A DNA stretch of 64,000 bases from Felis catus (taxonomy: Eukaryota). Every line of letters begins with the position of its first letter. Positions within the stretch are counted from its first letter, which is position 1. This document shows, piece after piece, positions 1 to 12,865 of the stretch. The position numbers and the translations under genes are program-made. The stretch lies in assembly GCF_018350175.1 (NCBI RefSeq), contig NC_058368.1:45014001-45078000 (forward strand), read 5' to 3'. Below the pieces are notes generated by a model. The model saw only the letters and a list, made by a program, of their open reading frames with translations, searched no databases and was not told the origin of the DNA.

Positions 1-412
1 AGCTACAAGACTCCACATTTCAGTTCTCCATCTAAAGCAGAAGAAACCATTTTACTCTGAGTGTAATTTGACTTCTTTGGAAGAAAACTGGAGACTGTCA
101 TTTTTACATATAACTTGAATATCTTCCTTAGCTACTTAAGTGAGTTTAACATCCTTTTGATCTCCATCACTCCCTCCTCTGCCTTCTTCATTGGAACACT
201 TAACTGTCAAACTTTTTTCTACCTGTTTATCCGGTTTTCCTCTCATACTGCTCCAAATAAACAAAATAAAGAATTATACCTGTCTCTCAACTCACTTACA
301 TGCTGAGTCAGCCAACAGAATTGATAGTAAGAGAAGTGAGAAAGGAGTTGAGTATGTTTCAGTGGCCATGTTCTCCACCTAGTCCCCAGTGCTACAAAAA
401 TAGTATTTTCCT

Positions 413-564
413 GGGGCTCCTAGGTGGCTCAGTTGGTTGGGTATCTGACTTTGGCTCAGGTCATGATCTTGCAGTTTGTGAGTTCGAGCCCTGCATCAGG
501 CTCTGAGCCTGGAGACTGCTTTGGATTCTCTCTCTCTCTCAAAAATAAATAAACATTTAAAAAA
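413..564 (+). mobile_element. Can-SINE (internally deleted)
   Basis: ggggctcctaggtggctcag head, B-box gttcgagcc, (CT)n, AATAAA tail. TSD aaaaat(a/t)gtattttcct. Confidence 0.9.
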
Positions 565-1543
565 TTGTATTTTCCTTATTTCAATGCCTATATAACTTAC
601 CTTCAAGCTACTGTTTCAAGGACTCTGAGATAGTATTCATAGTCAACCCTAAGAGTGATTAAAAGCCTAATTACTGTTTCAAATAGTAAGCATTGCTTCA
701 GTCATTGATCTCTTCAACATAATCAATAGTATCAGGATCTAAGTGAAATTTGGGATGGTCCTGGGACTTTAGGACTTCTTATGAGAGAGCTTACTGCAAT
801 AATTTCAAAATATTTTTTTTACAGTGATTGGCAGAATTCTCAAGAGTAAAGCTAAAGATACTTAAGATCTAAGGAAGGGAAAGACTCGTTCTACTTATAT
901 TCTCAGGATTATTAAGAATTGATGAAGTAATTGTGGGACTCAGTGAAAAATGCAAGTGAAGAAAGTGATTCAACATTATTAGGACTTTTAAGAGGGAGAG
1001 GGCAGGTTATTAAACCAAATGTGGGACCCTCCTAAGCACGGCCCTGAGAGACTAGCAGATCGAGTGCACATTAAGTTGGTTCTACCAGGAATATGGTTAC
1101 GGCTTTTTTTTTTTTTTTTGAGACATCATGCCAAATTTGTAACTTTCTCTTTATGCCAAGTCATTTCTCTCTCTCTTCTTTTTGTTGCCAGCAATGATAT
1201 CCTTTAAAAATGCAATACTATTTTATGCTTATTTTAAGAGAGGCTTTAAGGAGTGTAATTACAACCTGGCTTTCTATCTCTTATTATAGGTTAAGATGAG
1301 TGAAATCTTCTAATAAAAAGACAGTATTAAGATAAAGGGGGGGAAGATAATCAATTGAAGGCTCCTGGAAGGACAGGAAGAATATGTTCTAGATTCCACA
1401 GGTCAAAGCAGACCAATAGGGATTTGGAGCTAGATTACATCCTGTTTCTCATGCTGTGTAAAATGAGCCCCTGATTCCACTGCCATGTAAATTATTGGGG
1501 GAAAAATTCTCTTCTATAATCCTCCAAATAGAAATTTAGTGCC

Positions 1544-1768
1544 GGGGCATCTGGGTGGCTCAGTCGTTAAGCAGCTGACTTCAGCTCAGGTCATGATCTC
1601 ATGGTCCGTGAGTTTGAGCCCTGTCTAGGGCTGTGTGCTGACAACTCGGAGCCTGGAGCCTGCTTCTGATTCTGTGTCTCCCTCTCTCTCTGCCCCTCAC
1701 CTGCTCATGATCTGTCTCAGTCTCTCAAAAATAAATAAAAATTTTAAAATTTTAAAAAAATTAAAAAA
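1544..1768 (+). mobile_element. Can-SINE (SINEC_Fc-like)
   Basis: Full head, (CT)n and A tail. Degenerate TSD agaaattta.tg.c. Confidence 0.93.
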
Positions 1769-3059
1769 GAAATTTAATGGCATTGCCAATAAGATGATTC
1801 AATTCTAGTGTAATTAATGTGCATTATTGGATTTTTTGAGAATTTTTCAGCAGTGTCTTAGGGAGAAAATTCAAAATAACCTTTCAGAACAGCTCCATTT
1901 GGAGAACTGACAAGGGCTTGTACTTACCAATAAAAACCTCCCAATGGTAAGAGTTCTGAAAAGTATTTGCTGTGGTAAAAAACAGATTTAAAAACAAAAA
2001 TACCATAAGCAAACCTCAAAGCAGTGGAAAAGTTCTTTGCTCAATGTATTATAACTTGACCCCACTTTCTAGGTAAGAGAGGGATGTGATTAGTAGATTT
2101 ATCAATATATAGTCTCTTCTGAAGGAAATGGAATAAAGAGGAGAATCAATTGCCAGATTATCTAATCTGAGTGAGGACAAAACTTAATTTGAATTACTAA
2201 GGCTACAGTTAGCTAAATGAGAATACTATGGTTGTAATTTACTAGCTTCAGGACAAGATGATCTGAAAGATCTACCTAGAGTTAGAATTAAAACATGTTG
2301 CTTCTATAGACTCTGAAAAGTTATCCTGATACTGTATTTCATAAATTCAAAGAAACTCTCAGAGAATTAGTTTAAAGAGAGCCCAGTGTTTATTTGCTCT
2401 GTTTATCCTTTTCTTTATTTTCTTTATAATAGCCAATGGACCATTGTGGAGAACGTTGTCAGGTTAATATGCAATACTAGTTTCAAGGTTACATATTTTA
2501 CTGACAAAGTTCTATATAAAAAATCTTGAGCAAATTACACGTGTCAATAATAAAGCCTAGGAAAAACTCTGGACTGATGGGAAAGTGACATGCTGCAAGC
2601 ATTTTCAATCTAGTTTCATTAACTCTGGTATTATGGACCACACTCCCAACGCTGTTAGCTCAACTACTATGGTGTAATGTTAGTCTCCAAGAGCCCTCAG
2701 ATACTCTGCCATAATTCACTCAAATCTGCATGTGAGGTGGGTCAGGCAGACTTGGAACCTCATGTAATTCAGCAAGACACAGACTTAAGAATAGTAGGCC
2801 CATTGTTTCCTTCTACTCAAGAGTCCATAAATTTGCCTTGCATGACTTGAATGTGTGGTCTTTTTCAAATACAAAAGTTCACTTGAATTATAGGTAGTAC
2901 GCTTTTAACATTATATTTATCCATTATACTTTTATATAATTTTAAGTAATTGAAATTATTGCATTTTGTAAGGTAGACACTCTTAATTCTTTTTCAATAT
3001 TTTTAGGAAAAAATTAAGCAAATTTTGAGAATCTTTGAAAAGTTGGGGAGAGTAATGAT

Positions 3060-5065
3060 ATGAAAATATTGACACAGGTTGCTCCTGACTGACTTCAGTC
3101 TCTCTCACAAAAAGACAAACTAACAACTATCCACAGATAAAACACCATTGTGAAAATCCCAGCATTTGGCATTAAGGCTGTAGCCCCTCTTGGACCACAG
3201 AAACTGAGAAGGACCTCATTGGTTTCCCTTTACTCTCATCACTCCTGCCCTGGGCCAGCATAGCACCTCACCAAGAGAGCCACCCCAGGTTTTTTCATGG
3301 GGGAATATGAGCCCCAGGTAGACATCCAGGTCTCATTGCCCAAGGATCATGAGGGGAAATCCATGGGTGCTCCATCACTGGGGATCAGATAGAGATAAAA
3401 AAAAAAGGGTGGTGCTTATAGCAACCAGTGCTCAGACCTTGGCTGACTGAGTCCCTGCTTAATAGTAGCACCCAAACAAAGATCCCAGCCACTGGCTCTT
3501 CCCATCTGCAGGGCTGAGCTGGTGGCCCCATCTGGCCAGGGAGCTCAGCTGGCCATTCTGACTGATTTAAGTTCCCAGACAAGAGGTTGTACTGTCCATG
3601 AAGCCCATTCTATGCCTCCACTGGGCAGGGGACCAATTTCAAAGCTCCACCAGCTGCTAAGCACATTCTACGGCAAGGGTAGAAGAGCAAATGTACACCC
3701 CCACCCAACTACTATGCATGGCCTCCAGTCCCACTCTGCCAGGAAGCCTAGTCATAGAATCCAGGCAGGCCTGGAGCCCATCCTACAGACCACAAGGAAC
3801 CAAGCCAGCAATCCACCTTGGCTGTTGAGCATAACTCCTGGCCCTGAACAGCCAGAAAGCCTGAACAGTGACCCTGGACAGCCTGGGAGCCCATCGTCCA
3901 GTACCGCCCAGCCTACAACCCCACCCAGCAGTAGAGCCCACCCTGTGACCCTGCCCAATTGTTGAACATAGCATGGGACCTTATCCAAACATGCCTTGCC
4001 CAAATTGCGGCCCACTAAATCATGGAATATAGAATTCAGCCCTACCCAACCAAGAGCCTGGATAAGACCCTGTTCAAACACAGAGCACAGCCTGCATCCC
4101 CACCCAACTGCAGGGTACAACTGAAGGCCCTGCCCAACAAGAGAGTCCAGACAGTAACCTTACATAACAGCACAGTATAGCCAAGGGCCTACCTAATTGT
4201 GAAGCCCAGCCTGTGGCCTTACCCAATTTGGGGGCATAGCCAGTGGCACCATCTGGTCAAGGAGTACATACAGCCTGAGGGCCAACCTAACCATGAGCAA
4301 TTGTGGAGCCCAGACTTCAGCTGTGTGCAATTAGACTCTCACTAGTAGCATCACCCTGTTAGAGAACAGAGTCTGTTACCCCACACCCAGATATGGTTGC
4401 AAAGCCGAACTAGCAACCCTACCTGACCACAGAGAATATCAGGAGCCCTACCCAACCAGGGAGATTACCTAGAAACCCCACTGGAATAAGAGCACAATCA
4501 GCAGGCTAATCCAGTCATGGAGCTCAGCCAGTGGCCACCCCCCAACACACTCCACCCCTACCTCAGCCACAAATCTCAGAGCATGCACAGGCAGTGGGCC
4601 TCAACCAACTAAGGAACCTGATAGTAAGCCCTGCCTGCCTGTGGGCAATACCCACAGCTGATAGATCTAAAATCTCAAGCTGAGCAGACTGGAGAAGATC
4701 TTTCCTTCAAAAGTGAACCTGAAAAGTGTGGAAGCATGTATCACTTACTCAAATGCAGATGCCAACACAAGGTACAAGGATCACAAAGAATCAGGCGAAC
4801 ACATCACCGAAGAAAACTAATAAAGTTCTAATAACTGGTCCTAAAGAAAAGGAGATCTATAAACTGTCTGACAAGTAATTCAGAATAACCTTTTTAAAGG
4901 ACTTCAGTAAACTACAGAACACATAGACAACTAAATGAAATTAGGAAAACAATGCGTGAACAAAATTTGGAGTTCAACAAAGATAGAAACTATCAAATTA
5001 TCAAAGAGGAGGGAACACTCCAAAACTCATTTTAAAAGGTCATTAATTACTTTAATAGCATAGTG
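3060..5065 (+). mobile_element. Old L1: 5' UTR with degenerate tandem monomers, ORF1 N-terminus, then a short ORF2 piece
   Basis: C-rich repetitive 5' UTR. 4750-4998 resembles L1 ORF1 (aaagaaaaggagatctataaactgtctgacaag...aatgaaattaggaaaacaatg). 5005-5060 resembles ORF2 EEGTLPNSFYEASITL. Confidence 0.7.
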
Positions 5066-6841
5066 AAAATTGAATATGAAAAAAGAAGAAAATCTTTCCT
5101 AGCAATTTGTTAGTAAGTTAGGATATTTTGATGTCCTTGTTTATCTGCTATATTATATGGTTTTAACTGCTTGATCAACTCTTACATTATTTTCAAGGGA
5201 CCATGTATCTTCTATGTGAATAAATGACCAATAGATGGCAATATTACTCTTCTTGAACACCTCCAATAGGCATTTGCCAAAGTTTGACACCCATTATATG
5301 CATCATTCTCAAAGTCAATATTTAATAAAATAATTTTTTGCAACCTTTCTTAGCTTATTAATTTAAAAAATAGGATTAAAGTTTAATGTAACACATTAAC
5401 AACATAGAAAACAATAGACACACATAGTCTATATGTCTTATAATCTTCATGTAACAAATGTAAAATATGGTGTTTGATTTAATCATACTATTCTCTGATC
5501 TTACAAAGGAATTTACACATAAAGAGATGCATGTGGAGATTTCTTGTTTTTAATTTATACTATAATTTTATTATATCTCGCACATATCTCAAATTGCTTT
5601 ATGCATTGAACACTAGTGTTATCTGAGACATTCTACATAATTTATTCTTTTCCTACTTATATAATCTTACAGGATATATTTTATATCATATATTTTATAT
5701 TGTTTGTTTTACAAAATGAATATAAAATGATTTTTTTCATTCTTCTATTGACGATAAAGCATGGAGCATGGGAGTTTCTTAACATCAAAGTGCTTCTATT
5801 TCTGAAGGATATGTTCTCAAAATTTGTATTCTTGAATTAAAAGGCTTTTATATTGTTTCATACCATAGATATTGTCCCATGGCTCTCTCCACACCTCCAC
5901 ACCAAAGCAAATTACATTCCCACCAGCAATGAAATATTCCTAATTATTTCTAACCCTGTATATTATAACTACATAAATTTAAGCCATTTACTTAATAGAA
6001 ACTTGAGTATAAGGAGATAATTTCTATTTTAGATATATTTGCTACTTGAGAGAGATTAACCTTTTCTATCATAAAGCTTCTATAATTATAAGGAATCACA
6101 AATTTGTAATTTCAAGTGTATCACTCATTCTTCTAATTTTTAACTGCCAGAATTTCTCTGAAGAAAGTCCAAAATAATTGCCAATTTACTTTATACATTC
6201 AGTTAAATTTATCTGCACATTTAAATACAATATGTTTTTTTATTTTTTTAATATAATACTTATAAAAAGTTATACTTAACCTCACAATGTAGTTATGGCC
6301 AGTAAGAAACAATAGGAAGGATGTTTCCTGAGATTGTGGCTATCACTGGTTTTTCACAATTGAATATATTACTTTGATGTTCTTTTACACAGGTGGATAA
6401 TGTTACATTGGCTCACTTTGGTATACTTCTCCTTGACTAGCTCCTGGACCAATGTAATTCTCCAACCTGGTAGACAGTTGGATAAAGTTGAGTGAAATAT
6501 AAAGCTACCGATAAATTCTTTTCTTTTCTAAAGAATTAACATAGGAAATATTTTAATTAATATGTCAAACTCAGCATAGAAAACTATAGGCATGTGTGTG
6601 AATATTGAGAAACTATCTTGAAGTAGAGCTGACTAGACATACTTTTTAAGTTCCTTGAGGCTCAAGTTTTTGATATTAACTTCTTGGTTCCAATAGCATT
6701 CCTTTCAAGTGTAATGACATGTTGGATATTTCAAAAGTGTTGTATTGTTTGGGGAAGTTATTTACCACTTCAAATTAATAAATTTAAAAAGCATATTTTG
6801 TTAAATATTTGTGAGCTTTGTAATTATATATGGCCATCTGT

Positions 6842-6843
<2 letters not shown>

Positions 6844-6890
<47 letters not shown>
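6844..6890. repeat. (TG)n microsatellite
   Basis: Seen directly, one interruption. Confidence 0.97.
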
Positions 6891-7179
6891 AAAATTCACT
6901 GAAGATGTAGCTGTTTATGCTGGAAGTGATTTACCATTTCTCGGCTTTCCAAATGAATTGTACACCTTTAACTCAAGTTACTAACTCATTCTCATGGCAA
7001 CATATTTGATGCTCTCACTATCTAGGTCTATTGTTCATGTGAAATCTTAAGACCTTACATACTCTATAACTACACTTTCCTAAATTTTAATTTCTTTATT
7101 TTTTTTAGCCCACTACAACTACTGCACAAAGACTAAGACAAAAAATATTTATGTCAGCTACTTTACTGGACTCAGATTA

Positions 7180-7930
7180 TTCAAAACAAAAGTCATTCTC
7201 TTCCCTCCAGCCTTCTGCATTATCCACTTTGTACCCACACAAAAATGTACATTCATTTGCCATTGCAGAATTGTAGATCTTCTTCTCTCATCCTCTCTTT
7301 TACAATTAAACCCCAATTAATTGGCAGATGTGGCATTTTATTTTCTAAATGCTTTCTTTCCTTCTGTCCCTTTTCTTAGTAATAGTTCCTCACCAGGACT
7401 GTTGTTTTAGCCTTTCTAACATGGCTCTCCACTTTCAGCTTCCCCCATCTTTTCTCTGGTCCATCTCAAATATTGTCACACTAAAGTTTGAATCTCATCA
7501 GCTAGATTCATTCACAGTCACCATACATAAAATCCAAAATCTTTAGTATGATCGAGAAAGGCCCCCATTTTCTGATTATGATCTATAGCCCCAGCCACAT
7601 CAACTGACATTTTACCCAGGCATAGCCATGCTCATTCATTTCTATTTTTGCTTCTAATTAGCAACTGCACATGCTGATGCTGGTCTGAACTTTATTAAGA
7701 CCTTTTCAAAGCCTTCCTTTTCTGTACCTTTAAAAATCTCTTTTAAGATATATTTAGTGTATTACAAGTTAAATTTCTAAAATTACTTAGTTTACTACTA
7801 GTTTTTTACTCTGAAAAAAAGGGAGTTGTTATACCTCTCTGTATCTCAAGAAGCCAGCATATTGTCTGGAAATGTATTTCCAGACTGATTTCCAGACTAG
7901 TCCAAACTGATTTAAAATAGTCTTCATTAA
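7180..7930 (+). mobile_element. L2 relic
   Basis: Pyrimidine-rich degenerate L2 3' region motifs (ctcaccaggactgttg...agcctttctaac...cccagcatattgtctgg). Confidence 0.5.
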
Positions 7931-10850
7931 GTGGAGGAACATTTAGCATTTTCCTTGGGGTACATTTGGCTCAGAATATACCTTAAGTGTTCAAATAGAG
8001 CTTACCTCATATCTTAAGTAGTCAAAGTGCAGCCTAATTCACGCTGATATACTAGGAGTCAAGCTGAATCAACTATAGGTAAAGATCCACTGTCTTCTTT
8101 TGTGGTGGCAAGGCTAGAGGCCTTTAGATATGATGTATTTTTTGCCCTCTCCCACCATAGTCTAATAAAAAAATGAGATAAAAAGCAATTTAAGTGGCAA
8201 CAGTGACATTTTCCTATACAAGTAGAGTGTACTCTAAAACTAAGGTTTTCTATTGCCAAATCCAGTTTTCTTTCTGTTGTAACATGCAACTGTGGAGGCT
8301 GATATATTTTTTAAAGTCAAACAATATTATTTTAGAGAAATATATGCCATAAAAAATTTCAATATTTAAACACCATACATATTTCAGTTTGCAATGTTAT
8401 AAAGACCAAAGATTTTTCTGGTGTTTACTGAAGAATAAGAATTAAAATATTTACCATACAAAGAGAAAAATTTGGTATGAGGCAAAGATAGAATATAAGA
8501 GTGAGAACAGATACAAAGGAGTTTTAAGATTCCCACTAGGTATATCAATCTGGGGAAAGGAAAAGAAAATTTACATTTAGAAAATATTTTTAAATTGTGT
8601 CTTTGAGGGGCTCTAATACTAATACAAATTTACTATACAATACAAATACTAACACTAAGACTAATTTAGTATACATTACAAATACTAATACAAATTCAGT
8701 ATATTGTACTATACTATACTATACTATACCAATACAAATTTGACTTTACAATTGAAAAAGTATTTGATAAGAAATCTATCTAAAAGTCACAGGCTGTTGT
8801 TAGGGAGAATAATGACATGTAAATATTTTAGATCTATTAGGACAAGAATGAGTAAATAATGAGACTTTTTTTCTCTGTGGGGAAACACGTCTAGTGGAAT
8901 GTTCAAGTCATCTGGAAAAATCCAAAGAGGAGTCAAAAAAGAAGACGGCACATTGCTCATTCCTTTCTGAATCATTAAGGTAAAGTTCATGGATTGTATT
9001 GTTGCTCCTCTAGTACTGGCAATGGAGATGCTTCCACTGACTCATGATACAAAGTCCCTTGTGGTCACAAAGCAAGGCCTTCTGAACTTTCTTTGCCGAA
9101 CACTTACTATAAAACTATTTAGCCTTCCCTTCTTTCTGATCTGCTGCCAAGTGGAAGGTAGCAAAAGAGTCGGTGTGAATATTTCATTATCAAGTTCTGC
9201 AAAATGTCACTGGATGACTTCTTAGGCCATGTATCAACTCAAAGAGGCATCTGACTCCAATAAATGATTCAAGGCAAGTTAGAATCAAATTTCTATTCAA
9301 AGTATGAATAATAAATACAATGAATAAGTTTATCTGACTTATAATAGGAGAAATACACCACACAGTTAGTTTCTTTGGCTCATCATAACATTTTTACATT
9401 CAATCATGGCATTTGAGGATCAGCTTATTCTTTTTTAAATAGCATAATGTTGTTTCATAAAATGGCTATTATCAGAATTATTTACCCATTCCCTATTCAT
9501 ATATATTGTGATAATGATGCCACATTGTCTCTATTACTGTACCTTGATAACAAATCTGGAAATCAGGAGTGTTAGTCTTCAAATATGTTAAATTATTTCA
9601 AAGTTGTTTTGTTTATTCTAGGTCCTTCAAATTTTCAATGGATTTTAGAATAAATCTGTCAATTTGAACAAAAAATGCAAACATTTTCTTAGGGGAATGT
9701 TTATAATCTATAGATGAATTGGGAAATACTTGACATCTTAGTAATAGTAATTTTTCTGATCCATGAATATAGTATATCTTTCCATTATTTAGGTTTTTAA
9801 TTTCTATCAGAGGGCTTTATTGTTTTCAGTGTATGAGTCTTCATATTTTTGGTCATATTTATTATTAAGTATTTCATATTTTATTGATATTACTATGAGA
9901 TATATTATTTTTATATTTCTAATTTCTAGTTTTCCCTTGAAAGTATATAGAAATATAATTGATTTTTGAATGTTCACTCTATATGCTGCCACCTTAAAAA
10001 AGCCATTATCTGTTTTGCAGATTCAAATAAAAATTTTTTAATAAACAATTACGCCTGCAAATAAAGACTATGTTTTTCGTTTTTACATAGATGATCAATT
10101 CTTATGCCAATTAAAATGATTTTATTTCTTACTTTCCAGTATAGATGCCTTTTATTTCTTTTTGTCTCTTTACTGAATTGACTAGCATTTCCAATACAAT
10201 GTTTAATAAGTGATAAGAGAAGAAATTCTCATTTTGCTCCAGATCTTAGAGGAAACACATTTTGTCTTTCAACACTAGGATGTTAACTGCAGGTTTTTCA
10301 AGATTGTCATCAGATCGATATTCTTTGTTTTGAGATATATCTTGTTTTGAGATATATTTTGTTTAGTATGAATATATCCATTTCAGCTTTCTTTTGATTA
10401 ATCTTAGCATACTATATCTTTTTTATCCTTTTCCTTTCAACAAAAATTTTTGTTTATTTTTAAGTGTATTTCTTATAAGCAGAATATACTTAGATCTGGC
10501 TTTTTAAACAACCCAATAAACTCTGCATTTTAATCATAGATGCATAGAGGAGCTGTTTTTAATGTAATTGTTGATATAGTTAGGATTCAGACTAAAATTG
10601 TGCTGTGCATTTTCTAATTGCCCTATCTTTGTTCCCATTTCCTACTTTTTAGATTAATTAAATAATTTTTATGAGAGTATCATATCTTCTTTTTTGGATT
10701 ACTAGCTATTTATCACTGTTCCATTACCTTGGTGGTTGCTTTATGATTTATAATATACTTCTGAGACTACCTTCAAATGATATACCATTTCACATTTAGT
10801 ATAATAACCGTATAATACTGTACTTTCATTTCTCCTCTCCCAGTATTTGT

Positions 10851-11024
10851 TTTAAGTTTATTAATTTATTTTGAGAGAGACAGAGCACGAGAAAGGGAGG
10901 GGCAGAGAAAGAGGGAGAGAGGGAGAATCCCAAGCATGGGGCTCGAACTCAGGAAACCATGAGATCACCACCTGAGCCAAAATCCAGAGTCAGATGCTTA
11001 ACTGACTGAGCCACCCAGCTGTCC
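10851..11024 (-). mobile_element. Can-SINE inserted in L1
   Basis: tttattttgagagaga...ggggctcgaactc...gactgagccaccca. Confidence 0.9.
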
Positions 11025-11288
11025 TGATTCCCCTACCAGTCTTAATGCTATTGTTGTCATACATTTATCTTATACATATGGAAAAAAAATACAACACACC
11101 TCTCATATTATAATATTTTTGTTTGTTTAACCATCATATATCTTTTAAATGTTCCAGATTTATATAATAAAAACTAATCTTACTTTTACCCATGTAGTTA
11201 TCATTTCTGGTGATTTCCATTCCTTGTTCCAGCCAGTACCATGTTTTTCTGCAATCTGTGCTCTACCATTAATGTCACCCTATATGTA

Positions 11289-11304
11289 TGTGTGTGAGTG
11301 AGTG

Positions 11305-11386
<82 letters not shown>
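11289..11386. repeat. Compound (TG)n(TA)23 microsatellite
   Basis: Seen directly. Confidence 0.97.
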
Positions 11387-11388
<2 letters not shown>

Positions 11389-12629
11389 CTCAGGCATTAT
11401 AGAAGTCTGATGTTAATCTTTTCCTATCTACCATGACCCTACTTAACTACTTGAATATATAAAATAGGATTTAACTGCATTAATTACCTTGTCGGCCATA
11501 GTTTTTAGTTTTAATTGATTATTTTGCTCCTCATTATGGTTCATATTTTTCTACTTCTTTGTTGCCTAGTCATCTTTAATTGGATGTCATACATTACAAA
11601 ATTCACCTTGTTTGGTATTAAATACTTCTAAATATATGAATTATTCTTCAATTTTTTCCAAGGCACGTTTAATGTTACGTGGAAACCGTCTGATACTTTT
11701 GGATTTGTTAAGCAGAACCATGGCAGCATTTATTTTAGGGCTAGTCATTTCCTGTTACTAATATAACATTCCTCCAAATACTTTCTCTAATTCCATGAAT
11801 CATTCCATTCCTATTGCTAGGGACAGGTGTTAGTCCCTCTAATTCTAATATAGTTCTTTCCCAAGACTTGGGCTGTCTCCTAAACACATGTATCTGTTAT
11901 TATTCTACTGAATACTGATCTGCCAAATACTCAAGAGGCCCCACCGCAGATTTCTGAGACTTCTGTCCATGAAGGTCTTTTCTGTGACATTCTGTCTTGT
12001 GAGATCTCACTGACTTGGGCTCCTTGGACACTCAGCTCCCTCTCTTCAATCCAGGGTGGTTATCATATTTCTCTTGGTTTCCCCTGCATCAGTGCCTGGA
12101 ATCTCTCTCAAGGAGGTAAGCTGGGACAATCACAGGGTCATTTCATTTGATTTTCACATCTCAGGAATCACTCTCTTTCAGTACCTGATGTCCAGTGTCT
12201 TGAAAAATGTTGTTTCCTATATCCCCTCCCTCCCTTCCTTCTTTCCTTCCTTCCTACCTCCTTTCCTCCCTTTTTCCCTTTCTTTCTTCATTCCTTTTTG
12301 CCTTTATTTGTCTTCCTTCTGTCTTTCTTTTTCTTCTCTCCCTCTTTTGTTCTTTGTTGCTCTCTAGGTGAGAAAGTGAGTCCAGTCCCTGTTACTCTGT
12401 CTTAGCCAGGCAGGAGGTCCAGTTATTTCACGGTGACGAATAAAATGATTAGAATATTATTTGGCCCAGGATTCTTTCATCTTAGTTTCTTTTTAAGAAT
12501 TTTGAATATATATACATATAATATGGGCATATTGCTTTTGTTAATGACAATTGACTGATCTAACCAAAGCCACGGTAAACCAGAATCATAAAATAATTAT
12601 AATACAAAAGTTCCTTTTGAGAAAAGAAA

Positions 12630-12865
12630 ATTGCACCAATAAATGTTTAAACATTACCAGGATCACCACGTGCCAAATATCTAGGCACTAATTTGTGTGA
12701 CCTTTTCTACTGAAATTACATAACAGTATCTCAAAGGTAACTGTAAAAGTAGGCATCACATTTAAATTTTATTACAAATAAGAAAAAAACAACTCCAAGT
12801 TTACTTCCTAAATGTTAGAGTTCGAGGTTGAATCTCTGAGTTGGAAAGTCAGAGTGTTTTTGTAT
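12630..12865 (-). mobile_element. MIR relic
   Basis: accacgtgccaaat...aggcact...ttttattacaaataagaaaa...acttcctaa core-like pattern. Confidence 0.45.

Larger units (their letters stand above)
9400..12420 (-). mobile_element. Fragmented old L1 (ORF2, ORF1 and 5' pieces)
   Basis: ORF 9807-9992 AAYRVNIQKSIIFLYT matches the L1 ORF2 motif AGYKINIQKSVAFLYT. T-rich antisense L1 composition throughout. Confidence 0.75.

Noticed and set aside
3522..4120. Overlapping 147-aa and 122-aa ORFs
   Set aside because: They lie in the C-rich repetitive L1 5' UTR, have non-ATG or chance starts, and show no recognisable domain.
8615..8740. Repeat-spacer-like AT-rich array (aatactaatacaaatt twice, (TACTA)n)
   Set aside because: Low-complexity slippage repeat with no constant repeat or spacer length. 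CRISPR is not plausible in this context.
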